Shown piece by piece: positions 17,053 to 27,218 of a stretch of DNA of 64,000 nt; the first letter of the stretch is position 1; each line of letters opens with the position of its first letter. The position numbers were made by a program, and so were the translations under genes. The stretch covers positions 213 through 64,212 of the forward strand of contig JAVEXG010000007.1 of assembly GCA_034004115.1 (NCBI GenBank). Direction: 5' to 3'. Source of the DNA: Bacteroidales bacterium. GTDB taxonomy: Bacteria > Bacteroidota > Bacteroidia > Bacteroidales > VadinHA17. Below the pieces are notes generated by a model that was not told the origin of the DNA, did no database searches, and was given only the letters and a program-made list of their open reading frames with translations.

Positions 17053-19722
17053 TTACCGATTCTTTTGGCCTTTAAGGTAATTTTCGTTAAAGAAAAGGAA
17101 ATATCGTTCGGGATTTTTATCCTCATCAAGCGGTTTAAGGTTTCTTTCATTGATGAGGAACTTCATTATACGGGCACCTGCGGTGTTTCTGATTATCTTT
17201 TCAGGATCGACTGAATCATAATATTCCCAGGCCGCTGAGTTGTCAGCAAAACCCGAAACTGTTATCCTGATGTACCTGTTGTCAACAAGCAGTCCTTCGG
17301 TACGGTAGTTCTTATCGGTGTAGTTATCGATGTTGTGGCTTATCACGTCGAATGAAGCCTGGTTTATGTTGAACCGCGGATCCATAATGACTATCATAAA
17401 GGAATACCGGGCAACAGTATCAACGGCATATATTTCCGAAGCAATAACCTTATCCTCTTCTATCTTAAGCTCAGGCATCTGCTGGTTGAGATGAGCCGAA
17501 AGCTCTGCAGCCCTGATTGCCTCTTCAGTACCGGGCCAGGCCTTTATAAGGCGGTTCAGCTCGTCCTTGAAGCTTCTTTCATCGCTTATCCTTGCAACTG
17601 AATAAGCCCTCAGCAGCATGAACTTGGGAGCCAGGGTACCCGACGGGTTTTGAGTCAGAGCACTGTCGGACATTGATACTGCTGAATTGAAATCTTCGGC
17701 CTTATAGAGATCAAATGCCCTCTGGTAGAGTTGCTCCGACATTCTTATCTCTGCCATCTTCTTGTTGTAGTAATCCGGATCAGACAATATTTTTGAGAAC
17801 TCGCTTTCGGGGTATTTCTCAAGCAGCCGCTGACGAACCACCTCCGCCTTCTGGCTGTTATCTTCCCTGTAAAGATTATAAAGGTTGTACAGGGTTTCCG
17901 GCACCAGTTCGTTCGACGGATAGCGTGTAAGTAATTCCTCAAACGATTCTGCAGCTTTCTTCCTGTCAGCAATTCTTTCCTCAAAGACTTTTCCTGCATT
18001 GAACCAGGCTGTTGCGATCTTTTCATCCGAGACTTTCAGGAGAGAATCGTTCAACGGAAGATTCTTCAGGTAGAATTCGGGCTTTTTGTAATCCACTACA
18101 GTTTCGGCTGAGTCGGGTTGGATTTTCCCGTTCTCTTCTGCAAGTCCTGCCGCCTGCTGGGTCGCTACCCTGGCCTTGTTTGAGCGCCTCCAGTTATCCT
18201 CGAGCCTTCTGTCTCCCCACCTTCTCCTGAATTCGGTACGGCCGAAAGTGAGGGCCGTCTGGTTGTAGAAATACCATTTACCTTCCTGTTCAATATTATC
18301 CTGGAATCTTCTTGCATTCTCATAATACTGGCCGATGTTTGCCCTGTCGGAATATTCCGACACCCTGCCCTCACTCTCGGCTGTGGTTATCTCCGCAATT
18401 ATTCCTGCAATCAGGTTTGTCCTCTGGTTCTCGGTCATCGAAGCAACTTTCTGAAGGCTGTCCTCGGTCTGTATCACTGTCAGGTGTTTTACCAGTTCAT
18501 CAAGGTTACGGGATTTTGTAAGGAGATTTTTGTATTCCGGATAGTTCTCCTCAAGAAAATATACAGTGCTGTCGTAATACTTTCCCGCGTTCATATAATC
18601 GGGGATTGCATAATAGTGATCGGCAAGTGCGAGATATGATTTCCCCTTCTGGTTGCGGTTGCCTGATACCGATGAGGCTGACTTCCTGTAATATTCGAGT
18701 GCCTCCTTCTCCATCCCTTCCTTCTTCATCAGGTTCCCGATTGCATAGTAGATCTGGTCAAGGAAATCTTTATTCTTTGAATCCTTAAGCATCTTTTCCA
18801 GCTCCTTCTTTATTTCCCCGGGGTCGCCGGAGTTCACATCAAATACGCCGGCAATGTTTATTCGTGCATTGAACTCAACCTCGTAGGGGGGATTCATTTT
18901 TACCACTTTCCTGTAAAAGGATGTTGCACTCTGTGAATCACCATTCCTTTCATGAAGCTGGGCAATCAGATAGGTCAGACGGTATTTCGGCCTTTTTCCC
19001 GATATAAGCTCAAGAGAGGCCGTAAGAGGTTCTATTGCTTCGCCGTATTTCTTCTGCCGGATAAACATATCAGCCAGGGTCATTTGATAGAATGCCTTCA
19101 TGGCTTTCGGTGATTTTTCATCGGGCAAGGTCTCGTTAAGCAGTCTGGCGGCTTCCGAATAGTTGCCCCTCTCGCAGCTGATCCGTGCGAGCCAGATTGC
19201 CGATTCAATCTTTATCAGGGGATCGTTGGCCTCGGCAATACAGTGATTGAAGACCGCTTCAGCATCATTGAATTCATGCTTGTGGAACCTTGCCTTGCCT
19301 ATAAGAAAATAGCTGTCGTCGACCCATTCGTTGAATTCCTTCATCTCGAGCAGGGCCTTTTCGTTTTCGCTGAGATCCTTGCGGGCATCGATCTCCGGCC
19401 GTGCCGTGATCGACTTTAGTGATATCAGCTTGGATGCTTTCTGGATTGCTGTCTCCATATTTGAGGAGACGAGAGAAACGATCGACGGATCGCTGTTTTC
19501 GAACACCCTGAGGAGCTCTGCGAAATCATCGGTATAACTGCTGCTTATCTTCTGAAGGCCTTCCTTATAACTTTCGTAACCGTTGAAATATATGTTATAC
19601 TTTGCGGTAAGGCCATTATAAAACCGTGTTGTCGCCGTGTTTTTTTCCACGGAACAACCCGAAAGGAACAAAAGAAGTCCCAGAGCTATCAGATATTTAT
19701 ATGATATCCTCCCGGAATACAA
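17053..19722 (-). CDS. porW: TPR-repeat lipoprotein, PorW/SprE-like (T9SS/gliding)
   Basis: 889 aa. Lipobox LLFLSGC, an N-terminal ...YNGLTAKYNIYFNG... motif resembling SprE, and multiple TPR-like repeats. It sits immediately upstream of porX. Confidence 0.55.
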   Translation of the reverse strand: MYSGRISYKYLIALGLLLFLSGCSVEKNTATTRFYNGLTAKYNIYFNGYESYKEGLQKISSSYTDDFAELLRVFENSDPSIVSLVSSNMETAIQKASKLISLKSITARPEIDARKDLSENEKALLEMKEFNEWVDDSYFLIGKARFHKHEFNDAEAVFNHCIAEANDPLIKIESAIWLARISCERGNYSEAARLLNETLPDEKSPKAMKAFYQMTLADMFIRQKKYGEAIEPLTASLELISGKRPKYRLTYLIAQLHERNGDSQSATSFYRKVVKMNPPYEVEFNARINIAGVFDVNSGDPGEIKKELEKMLKDSKNKDFLDQIYYAIGNLMKKEGMEKEALEYYRKSASSVSGNRNQKGKSYLALADHYYAIPDYMNAGKYYDSTVYFLEENYPEYKNLLTKSRNLDELVKHLTVIQTEDSLQKVASMTENQRTNLIAGIIAEITTAESEGRVSEYSDRANIGQYYENARRFQDNIEQEGKWYFYNQTALTFGRTEFRRRWGDRRLEDNWRRSNKARVATQQAAGLAEENGKIQPDSAETVVDYKKPEFYLKNLPLNDSLLKVSDEKIATAWFNAGKVFEERIADRKKAAESFEELLTRYPSNELVPETLYNLYNLYREDNSQKAEVVRQRLLEKYPESEFSKILSDPDYYNKKMAEIRMSEQLYQRAFDLYKAEDFNSAVSMSDSALTQNPSGTLAPKFMLLRAYSVARISDERSFKDELNRLIKAWPGTEEAIRAAELSAHLNQQMPELKIEEDKVIASEIYAVDTVARYSFMIVIMDPRFNINQASFDVISHNIDNYTDKNYRTEGLLVDNRYIRITVSGFADNSAAWEYYDSVDPEKIIRNTAGARIMKFLINERNLKPLDEDKNPERYFLFFNENYLKGQKNR

Positions 19723-19803
19723 TAACTGTTATTTAATACTATAACTTACTTCAACGGAGTATAGTATCTCAAAGGTAAGCAAAATTGGGACCACGGGGCA
19801 TCC

Positions 19804-20043
19804 TCAGGCTGAAATCACACGCCTGATCTCGGGAACCTCCTGTATAATTGCCTGCTCCACGCCTGCCTTGAGCGTCTGCATTGCATAGGGGCAGCCGTGG
19901 CATGCGCCTGTGAGCTTTACCTTTACAGTCATATCGTCGGTTATTTCAATCAAGTCGATATCGCCGCCGTCGTTCTGCAGATAGGGTCTTACCCTGTTCA
20001 GTGCATTGACAACTTTTTCCCTGATTGTAGTCTTATCTTCCAT
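19804..20043 (-). CDS. NifU C-terminal-domain Fe-S cluster protein
   Basis: 79 aa with the CHGCPYAMQTLK (CxxC) motif. Confidence 0.8.
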   Translation of the reverse strand: MEDKTTIREKVVNALNRVRPYLQNDGGDIDLIEITDDMTVKVKLTGACHGCPYAMQTLKAGVEQAIIQEVPEIRRVISA

Positions 20044-20057
20044 TTTTTGTTGATTTT

Positions 20058-21164
20058 TTATTGGTTGTGTATCTCCACCCTGCTGGTGGGCTTTAATTCC
20101 TTGTTTCTTTTGTTGACCCTGTCAACCACTTCGCCTGCAAGATCCATGAAGGCTTTCCCCGTCACCGAGTCTTCCAGTGCAACCGGCCTGCCGTTGTCGC
20201 TTCCTTCACAGATGCTCTGTACAAGCGGTATCTGACCAAGCAGCGGCACATCCGTCTTCTTTGCCAGGTCTCTTCCTCCTGCTTTGCCGAAGATGAAATA
20301 CTTGTTCTCCGGAAGTTCGGCAGGGGTGAACCACGACATGTTTTCAACGAGCCCGAGGACCGGAACGTTGATCTTCTCGCTGCGGAACATGGCGATCCCT
20401 TTCAGTGCATCTGCCAGTGCAACTTCCTGCGGAGTGGTTACGACTATTGCCCCGGTTACGGGAACTTCCTGCACAAGAGTCAGGTGAATATCACTGGTTC
20501 CGGGAGGAAGGTCAAACAACAGGTAATCGAGCTCACCCCAGTCGCCCTGGGTTATAAGCTGTTTCAGAAACCCCGATGCCATGGGCCCTCTCCAGATAAC
20601 CGCATCCGACGGACTTACGAAAAAGCCGGTGGAAAGCACCTTTACTCCGTATTTGGTAAGCGGCACTATCATGTCAGTGTCATTCATCCGGAATACATCC
20701 GGCCTGTAATCCTGTGCATCGAACATCCTTGGCACCGAAGGGCCGAATACGTCGGCGTCGAGCAACCCGACTGAAAACCCTTTCCTCGCAAGTGCTATCG
20801 CAAGATTGACGGCTATTGTGGTCTTTCCTACGCCTCCTTTTCCCGAGGATACCGCAATGATATTCTTAACCCCCGGCAGGATATCCCTCTCCTTTGGTTT
20901 TTGAACCGGCTCCTTAACCCTCGATTCAACAGTTATTTCCCTGATCACTACATCAGGACCCAGATCCTCCTTTATTGCCCTCACTGCTGTGCTCCTGAGT
21001 GATGAGGCAAACGGATCATTCTGTTTATCAGTTGTTATGGTTACCGAGATGCCGTCATCACCGGTTTCAATTGCCGTGATATACCCGAGGGTGACAATAT
21101 CTTTCCCCTTTTCGGGATGAACTACTTTGGAAAGCGCTTTTAATATCTTTTCCTTTGAATACAT
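20058..21164 (-). CDS. mrp: Mrp/ApbC/NBP35-family Fe-S cluster carrier ATPase
   Basis: 368 aa. N-terminal DUF59-like segment, SGKGGVGKTT deviant Walker A and the MSWF...  motif region. Confidence 0.9.
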   Translation of the reverse strand: MYSKEKILKALSKVVHPEKGKDIVTLGYITAIETGDDGISVTITTDKQNDPFASSLRSTAVRAIKEDLGPDVVIREITVESRVKEPVQKPKERDILPGVKNIIAVSSGKGGVGKTTIAVNLAIALARKGFSVGLLDADVFGPSVPRMFDAQDYRPDVFRMNDTDMIVPLTKYGVKVLSTGFFVSPSDAVIWRGPMASGFLKQLITQGDWGELDYLLFDLPPGTSDIHLTLVQEVPVTGAIVVTTPQEVALADALKGIAMFRSEKINVPVLGLVENMSWFTPAELPENKYFIFGKAGGRDLAKKTDVPLLGQIPLVQSICEGSDNGRPVALEDSVTGKAFMDLAGEVVDRVNKRNKELKPTSRVEIHNQ

Positions 21165-21181
21165 ACTTTATAATTTTAATT

Positions 21182-21255
21182 ACCCCCTTTCCCGTCCCGC
21201 TATGCGGGAGGCTTCCGGCTCCGTCCCCCCTGGGGGAAGGCTGGGAAGGGGGGTT
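21182..21255. repeat. GC-rich hairpin element, copy B (copy A at 7732-7808)
   Basis: ACCCCCTTTCCC...GGGAAGGGGGGTT with a perfect inner stem TCCCGC-TAT-GCGGGA. It lies 17 nt upstream of the mrp start codon. Confidence 0.85.
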
Positions 21256-21365
21256 AACAACAAAAAAATTTATAACACATTACATCATTGCTGATGCTCA
21301 TTTTTATTTAAATCAATTATAAATAAGCCGCAATTTTAGTAAATTTTCCGGGGCTGACCAAATAA

Positions 21366-21713
21366 TCAACGAAGTTCCGACAAGGGGTCCCAGAATTTTT
21401 CGATGAAATCCACCACTCTGTCATCTTCCACGTGAATTCCTTCGTTTTCGAGAAGCTGCTGCATGGTTGTTGAATTGCCGAAGTGAAGTTTCCCTGAGAG
21501 GAGTCCGTTACGGTTCACTACACGGTGGGCAGGTACGAATTCGCCGCCGGAATGGCTTGCGTTGAGCGCCCATCCGACTGTCCGTGCCGACTTTCCCGTT
21601 CCGAGGTACCGGGCAATGGCCCCATAGGAAGTGACCCGGCCCCATGGGATTAGTTTAGTCACTTCGTATACCTGTCCGAAAAAATCGTTCCTATTCCGGT
21701 GTTTCCCAGCCAT
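21366..21713 (-). CDS. MGMT-fold alkyltransferase-like (ATL) protein with the active-site Cys replaced by Ala
   Basis: DNA-binding domain of the O6-alkylguanine-DNA alkyltransferase fold (YGAIARYLG...). The expected PCHRV is PAHRV (nt 21519-21533, verified by reverse-complementing). The start is ambiguous between 21737 and 21713. Confidence 0.75.
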   Translation of the reverse strand: MAGKHRNRNDFFGQVYEVTKLIPWGRVTSYGAIARYLGTGKSARTVGWALNASHSGGEFVPAHRVVNRNGLLSGKLHFGNSTTMQQLLENEGIHVEDDRVVDFIEKFWDPLSELR

Positions 21714-22464
21714 GTCTGATTTCTTTCCCCTTTTCAAGCCTGAATGCGAGGTAGTTGATCTTCATTCCCTTTTCCATGAACATAGTTTCGTAGTGTGTCC
21801 TTACATCACGGATCCCGGTCTGTATTTCCCTGACGGCTGCGGGATCGCTTACCGACGAAAGAATGCGGCCTGTGACCGGTATCAGTCCGGGGTCCATGGA
21901 ATGCATATCCTTTGTTGATACAATTATCTCAAGTCCGTTGTCGGCTGCCAGCCTCTCAGTATAGGAGTATAGCTCGGCATTGTCGGTCTTGAGGTGAATG
22001 ATTCCCTTGTCCCTGAGAAAATTACGGTAGGTGTTAAGGAACCACGGGCAGGTAAGTCTTTTATTTGAATTCCTTTTACCCGGATGAGGGTCGGGGAAGG
22101 TGATCCAGATCTCATCAACCTCGTCGCCGGCGAAAAAGGAGTTTATGAATTCTATCCTTGTGCGGAGGAATGCAGTGTTCTTAAGCTGCTTCTCATAAGC
22201 AGTACGCGCTCCTCTCCACATCCGGGCTCCCTTGATGTCGATCCCGGTGAAGTTGCAGCCGGGCATGAGCATTGCCATACCTACGGTGTACTCACCCTTT
22301 CCGCAGGCAAGTTCAAGAATCAGCGGATTGTCGTTTTTGAATATTTCCCGGCGCCAGTTACCCTTGATCCTGTGATCATTCCTGCTGTCGGACCCGATTA
22401 CTGGCTGGATAACGTTTTCGAAAGTATCAAGTTCCGCCCACCGGGCAAGCTTGTTTTTCCCCAC
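21691..22464 (-). CDS. trmB: tRNA (guanine46-N7)-methyltransferase
   Basis: 257 aa. LELACGKGEYTV SAM motif and the WITFPDPHP motif. Confidence 0.9.
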   Translation of the reverse strand: MGKNKLARWAELDTFENVIQPVIGSDSRNDHRIKGNWRREIFKNDNPLILELACGKGEYTVGMAMLMPGCNFTGIDIKGARMWRGARTAYEKQLKNTAFLRTRIEFINSFFAGDEVDEIWITFPDPHPGKRNSNKRLTCPWFLNTYRNFLRDKGIIHLKTDNAELYSYTERLAADNGLEIIVSTKDMHSMDPGLIPVTGRILSSVSDPAAVREIQTGIRDVRTHYETMFMEKGMKINYLAFRLEKGKEIRHGWETPE

Positions 22465-22473
22465 CTCAGAATC

Positions 22474-22950
22474 CTATTTTATGTTTTTTTCGACCCTAAG
22501 CCCTATGTCATACACTCCTTCAAGACCTGCACTGCGCATTCCGTGGGATATATTCACCTGGTAGGTCCCGGATGTGGGAAAGAATACATTCTGGCGGTAT
22601 GGCAGCTTCAGTTCATTGATATCTCCGAATCCTTTGCCGTACCAGTTACCCTTCTCATCAGCAAGGTCATACATCAGGGTGTCGGTTATGCTGCTGCCTC
22701 CGGGCGCCGTGGTTGTCACGAAAAGCCAGATGTTCCTGTAGGGATAAGCCGATCCTGTCCTCAAAATGAAATCGATGTTGTTGCTGTTAACCGTATCCCC
22801 GACGCTGAAGCTGAACGTGGCTGAATTTTCAAGTGTCCAGATCCTGCCGGGTACGGGAAGGGTATCTGTAAAAACCACATTTCTGCCGCACGATGCCGTC
22901 ACTACGGCGGCTGTCAGAAGAACCAGGATCCTAGTTGCTTTTCTTGTCAT
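22474..22950 (-). CDS. gldH: Gliding-motility / T9SS-associated lipoprotein GldH
   Basis: Start taken at MTRKATRILVLLTAAVVTASC (lipobox). Small size, the YPYRNIWLF motif and the usual position downstream of a PSP1-domain gene. Confidence 0.8.
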   Translation of the reverse strand: MTRKATRILVLLTAAVVTASCGRNVVFTDTLPVPGRIWTLENSATFSFSVGDTVNSNNIDFILRTGSAYPYRNIWLFVTTTAPGGSSITDTLMYDLADEKGNWYGKGFGDINELKLPYRQNVFFPTSGTYQVNISHGMRSAGLEGVYDIGLRVEKNIK

Positions 22951-24079
22951 CGAAATTCCTGTTTTTTCTTTTATGGGGATGTTTGCGCTTTTGATTTTTC
23001 GGTCCGGGAACATCAAACCGTGTCAGACTGCTGCTGCTTAGCAGATCATGCGACTGAGTGATTGCTTCGGACAGTTCTCCGTCGGGTAACAGTTTTTCGG
23101 GTTTTATGCCTTTTCTGTTGAGATCCTGGATCTCCTTCACCCTGCTGACCGGTACCGGTGTCAGGCTTGTCGGAGAATCGGAGTCGCTATACCAGAAGAT
23201 GCTTTTGTGTACCTCTATTTTCTGGAAATAGGCTGTCCTGCCGGCAAGATAAAGCGGCACTTCCCTCGGGGGGAATGAACGCTGGGCATCAACGTAGCAG
23301 TCGAATTCGAAGTTCAGGCAGCACTTAAGCTTGCCGCACTGACCTGCAAGCTTCTGCGGATTCAGCGACAACTCCTGGTATTTGGCATGTGTTGTTGTTA
23401 CCGACACGAAATTTGTGATATGAGTCGAACAGCATAGTTCGCGTCCGCACGATCCTATCCCGCCTATCCTTCCTGCCTCCTGCCTGGCGCCTATCTGGCG
23501 CATTTCGATCCTGACACGGAACTCCTCCGCAAGCACCTTGATAAGCTGGCGGAAATCGACTCGTTCGTCGGCGATGTAATAAAAGATTGCTTTGGTCCTG
23601 TCACCCTGGTACTCAACATCCCCTATCTTCATGTTCAGCTTCAGGTCGTAGGCAATCTGCCTCGATCTCAGCATGGTCGGGGTTTCCAGCTTCTTGGCCT
23701 CCTCCCATTTTATAATATCAACGGCTTTGGCTTTCCTGTAGACCTTTTTCATGTCGTCGGAAGAAGGCTGTACCTTAAGCTTTTTAAGCCGTTCATTCAC
23801 AATCGGCCCGACCATCGAAACCCTCCCGATATCATGCCCCGGAGAGGCCTCAACAGCAACAACATCACCTATCTCGAGCCTGAGGGCATTGGCATTCCTG
23901 TAAAATCCTTTCCTTGTATTCTTGAACCTGATCTCAATCACATCATTCTCATCCGGGACAAAAGGCAGATCCTTCAGCCAGTCGAATGCGTCAAGCTTGT
24001 TACATCCCGGTTTATATATGATAATCGGCATTTTGGGCTCATCTCCGTGAGCCGATGACAAATCTTCGTTCTCCTGCAT
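22931..24079 (-). CDS. PSP1-domain protein (RicT/YaaT-like)
   Basis: 382 aa. Conserved PSP1 C-terminal core (...IEMRQIGARQEAGRIGGIGSCGRELCC...KLKCCLNFE). Confidence 0.8.
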   Translation of the reverse strand: MQENEDLSSAHGDEPKMPIIIYKPGCNKLDAFDWLKDLPFVPDENDVIEIRFKNTRKGFYRNANALRLEIGDVVAVEASPGHDIGRVSMVGPIVNERLKKLKVQPSSDDMKKVYRKAKAVDIIKWEEAKKLETPTMLRSRQIAYDLKLNMKIGDVEYQGDRTKAIFYYIADERVDFRQLIKVLAEEFRVRIEMRQIGARQEAGRIGGIGSCGRELCCSTHITNFVSVTTTHAKYQELSLNPQKLAGQCGKLKCCLNFEFDCYVDAQRSFPPREVPLYLAGRTAYFQKIEVHKSIFWYSDSDSPTSLTPVPVSRVKEIQDLNRKGIKPEKLLPDGELSEAITQSHDLLSSSSLTRFDVPGPKNQKRKHPHKRKNRNFDDKKSN

Positions 24080-24152
24080 TTCAGACTCCTCCTCAGATTA
24101 ATCCCGCAAAAATAGTTAATAATTGCATCAATTTCAACAACCTTCTGCCTGT

Positions 24153-25277
24153 TCAGCGGCGGAACAAACCTATAAGCCTGAGTGCAAGGTCGAGAAAAAC
24201 TATTTTGGCATTACCGTTCGCTTCGATATGGGAATGGGCCAGGCTGAATTCCTCCACGAAGGTATTTATGTTACCTTCATTGATGAAAGGATGGAAATTC
24301 ACCGAAAAAGCTTCTTCCTCCCCGGTCAGGTAAACCAGCCCGTTCTTAGTCTGCCCGAGGTTCATCATCAGGTTCTCCCTGAAAAGATGCAGTGAGAAAG
24401 CAAGGAATCTCTTCTGCGGTTCCCTCCCTATGACCGACAACTCTTCCGACCAGGCGATCAGGGAAAGAACATCCTTTTTCCATACGAACCTCATCAGCGT
24501 CCTGAAACGATCGAGATCCCGGAACGATGAATCCTCATTCTCGCACAACTCGATTGCCCTTATTATATTACCGTTCGACACCCTGGCTATGTCGTCGGCC
24601 CGGCCTTTGTGAATCCTGAACCTCTCTATGAGATACGACGAGAGATCTAATGGATTGAATGATGGGATCCTTACCAGCTGGCACCTCGAGATTATTGTCG
24701 GGACAATCTTGTCGGGTTCGTCCGATACAAGCAGGAAAAGAGTCTTTTCGGGCGGCTCCTCTATAAGCTTGAGCAGCTTGTTGGCCGTCACCTGATGCAT
24801 CTTTTCGGGAAGCCATATTATCATCACCTTGAAATCCGATTCATACGACTTGAGAGTCAGCTTACGGAGTATCTCCGCCGCCTCCGAAGTGAAGATCAGC
24901 CCCTGGGCATTTCCGGCACCGATGTAATTTAGCCATTTTGTGAGGCTGAAATAAGGTGAGACGGCGGCAAACTCCCTCCATTTGTCGATGAATTTGTCGC
25001 TGACCGGATCGGTGTCTTTCTTGACTACCGGAAAGACGAAATGAAGATCCGGATGGATCATTTTTTCATACTTCACGCACGATTTGCAGGTTCCGCATGA
25101 ATCAACACCCGATCTGTTCTCACAGCTTACATACCGGGCATAGGCGAGGGCCAGGGCAAGGTTTCCGCAGCCTTCGGGCCCCGTGAATAACTGGGCATGA
25201 CTCACCCTTTCCGACTTCACGGTGCTTATCAGCCTGTCAATCGTCTCTCTCTGCCCCGGGATATCAGAAAATTTCAT
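24153..25277 (-). CDS. holB: DNA polymerase III subunit delta'
   Basis: 374 aa. AAA+-like N-terminus (HAQLFTGPEGCGN), zinc module CGTCKSC and the SRC motif (IISRCQ). Confidence 0.85.
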   Translation of the reverse strand: MKFSDIPGQRETIDRLISTVKSERVSHAQLFTGPEGCGNLALALAYARYVSCENRSGVDSCGTCKSCVKYEKMIHPDLHFVFPVVKKDTDPVSDKFIDKWREFAAVSPYFSLTKWLNYIGAGNAQGLIFTSEAAEILRKLTLKSYESDFKVMIIWLPEKMHQVTANKLLKLIEEPPEKTLFLLVSDEPDKIVPTIISRCQLVRIPSFNPLDLSSYLIERFRIHKGRADDIARVSNGNIIRAIELCENEDSSFRDLDRFRTLMRFVWKKDVLSLIAWSEELSVIGREPQKRFLAFSLHLFRENLMMNLGQTKNGLVYLTGEEEAFSVNFHPFINEGNINTFVEEFSLAHSHIEANGNAKIVFLDLALRLIGLFRR

Positions 25278-25298
25278 TCCGTTATGTTGAATTCAGTA

Positions 25299-25796
25299 TT
25301 AAAGGACGGCAAGGGCCTGATCGTAGTCGGGCTCCTGACCAATTTCAGGGACAAGCTGGGTGTAAATGACTTTGCCTTCTTCATCCAGTACCACCACACT
25401 TCTTGCGTAAAGCCCTGCCATGGGACCGTCAACAATGTCGACGCCATACAGCTTCCCGAATTCCGTGTCGCGAAACCCTGAAAGAGTGGTAAGGTTTGAA
25501 ATGCCTTCGGTTGTACAGAAACGCCCATGGGCAAAGGGAAGGTCCTTTGATATTGCAAGAACCGTAACATTGGATTTGTCTGCAGCATGCTTGTTGAACT
25601 TCCGCATCGCTGTCGCACATACGGAGGTCTCGAGACTCGGGAAAATGCTGAGAAGGACTTTTTTCCCTGCAAGTTCTGAGAGACTCAGAGTGCCGAGATC
25701 TGATTTGACGAGGGTGAAGTCAGGAGCTTTCTGTCCTTTCTTTGGAAGATCACCCGATGTGTTTATGGGATTTCCCTTTAATGTAATCTTTGCCAT
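25299..25796 (-). CDS. tpx: Thiol peroxidase (atypical 2-Cys peroxiredoxin)
   Basis: 165 aa. FPSLETSVCA peroxidatic-Cys motif and Tpx length. Confidence 0.93.
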   Translation of the reverse strand: MAKITLKGNPINTSGDLPKKGQKAPDFTLVKSDLGTLSLSELAGKKVLLSIFPSLETSVCATAMRKFNKHAADKSNVTVLAISKDLPFAHGRFCTTEGISNLTTLSGFRDTEFGKLYGVDIVDGPMAGLYARSVVVLDEEGKVIYTQLVPEIGQEPDYDQALAVL

Positions 25797-25884
25797 AATT
25801 TTTTTCTCAAAATTAGTTAAACTTTCCGGAAGAGAAAACTTGAATTACTCCCCTGGCCCTGAACAGGAATTCCCAAAAATAATG

Positions 25885-25892
25885 TAGGTTTG
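25885..25892 (+). promoter_or_regulatory. Candidate -7 promoter box (TAggTTTG) upstream of pgk
   Basis: Exact TAnnTTTG match 33 nt upstream of the pgk start. No clear -33 element. Confidence 0.3.
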
Positions 25893-25924
25893 CAGATGGA
25901 AAAAGTAAGTTAATTAAAAATGAT

Positions 25925-27193
25925 ATGTCTATGAAAATGATTCAGGATTTCAATTTCAAGGGAGTTAAAGCAATCGTCAGAGTCGATTTCAATGTGCCTC
26001 TCGACAAGACAACACTGGCAGTTACGGACGATACCCGGATCAGGGGAGCCCTTCGCACGATAAGGAAAATTACTTCCGAAGGGGGTTCGGCAATTCTGAT
26101 GTCGCATCTTGGACGCCCGCAGGGCGTAATGCCTAAGTATTCCCTTAAACCCGTTCTTCCGGTTCTTGAAAAACATCTTGGCCAGACGGTGCTTTTTGCA
26201 GACGACTGCGCCGGCGAATCAGCCGCAAAGATGGCTGCAGCCCTAAAGCCGGGTGAGGTCCTGCTTCTTGAAAACGTGAGGTTTTATCCTGAGGAGGAAG
26301 GAAAGCCAATTCTTCCCGATACGGCAACCGACGAGGAAAGGAAAACGGCCAAAACCGAACTGAAGGCCAGGCAGAAAGATTTCGCGAAGAAACTTGCCGG
26401 CTATGCCGATGTGTATGTGAACGATGCTTTCGGAACGGCCCACAGGGCCCACGGAACCACCGCAGTTATCGCCGACTACTTCCCGAAGGAGAAGAGGATG
26501 TTCGGATTCCTTATAAACAGCGAACTCGAAGCCATGGACAAGGTGCTTAACAATGCACAGAGACCATTCACCGCAATCATGGGCGGCGCAAAGGTTTCCG
26601 ACAAGATAATGCTTATCGAGAACCTGCTGAACAGGGTAGATAATCTGATAATCGGCGGCGGTATGACCTACACCTTCATAAAGGCACAGGGCGGAAAGAT
26701 TGGAAACTCGCTCTGCGAAGAGGACAAGCTCGATCTCGCACTTGAGATCCTTAAGAAGGCAAAGGAAAAGAATGTGAATATCTACCTCCCTGTCGACAGC
26801 CTTAACGGCAACAAGTTCGACAATGAGGCTGAGACAAAAGTAACCGCTTCAAACGCTGTCGACGACGGATGGCTCGGACTGGATATTGCTGAAAAAGCCA
26901 TTGAGGAATTCTCGGCTGTTATCGGAAATTCAAAGACAATCCTCTGGAATGGTCCGATGGGCGTTTTTGAAATGGAGAAGTTCTCGAAGGGAACAACCTC
27001 AGTAGCCAAAGCAATCGCAGCTGCCACAGAGAAGGGCGCATTCAGCCTGATAGGCGGAGGCGACTCTGTTGCAGCCGTCAACAAGAACGGACTGGCCGAT
27101 AAGGTAAGCTATGTTTCCACAGGCGGCGGCGCAATGCTCGAATATATGGAAGGCAAAAAACTTCCGGGAATAACAGCTATCAGGGGAGAATAA
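25925..27193 (+). CDS. pgk: Phosphoglycerate kinase
   Basis: 422 aa. [15 protein letters not shown] and GGGDS motifs. Confidence 0.96.
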   Translation: MSMKMIQDFNFKGVKAIVRVDFNVPLDKTTLAVTDDTRIRGALRTIRKITSEGGSAILMSHLGRPQGVMPKYSLKPVLPVLEKHLGQTVLFADDCAGESAAKMAAALKPGEVLLLENVRFYPEEEGKPILPDTATDEERKTAKTELKARQKDFAKKLAGYADVYVNDAFGTAHRAHGTTAVIADYFPKEKRMFGFLINSELEAMDKVLNNAQRPFTAIMGGAKVSDKIMLIENLLNRVDNLIIGGGMTYTFIKAQGGKIGNSLCEEDKLDLALEILKKAKEKNVNIYLPVDSLNGNKFDNEAETKVTASNAVDDGWLGLDIAEKAIEEFSAVIGNSKTILWNGPMGVFEMEKFSKGTTSVAKAIAAATEKGAFSLIGGGDSVAAVNKNGLADKVSYVSTGGGAMLEYMEGKKLPGITAIRGE

Positions 27194-27218
27194 CCCGCAC
27201 CACAGTAAGTATTATACC

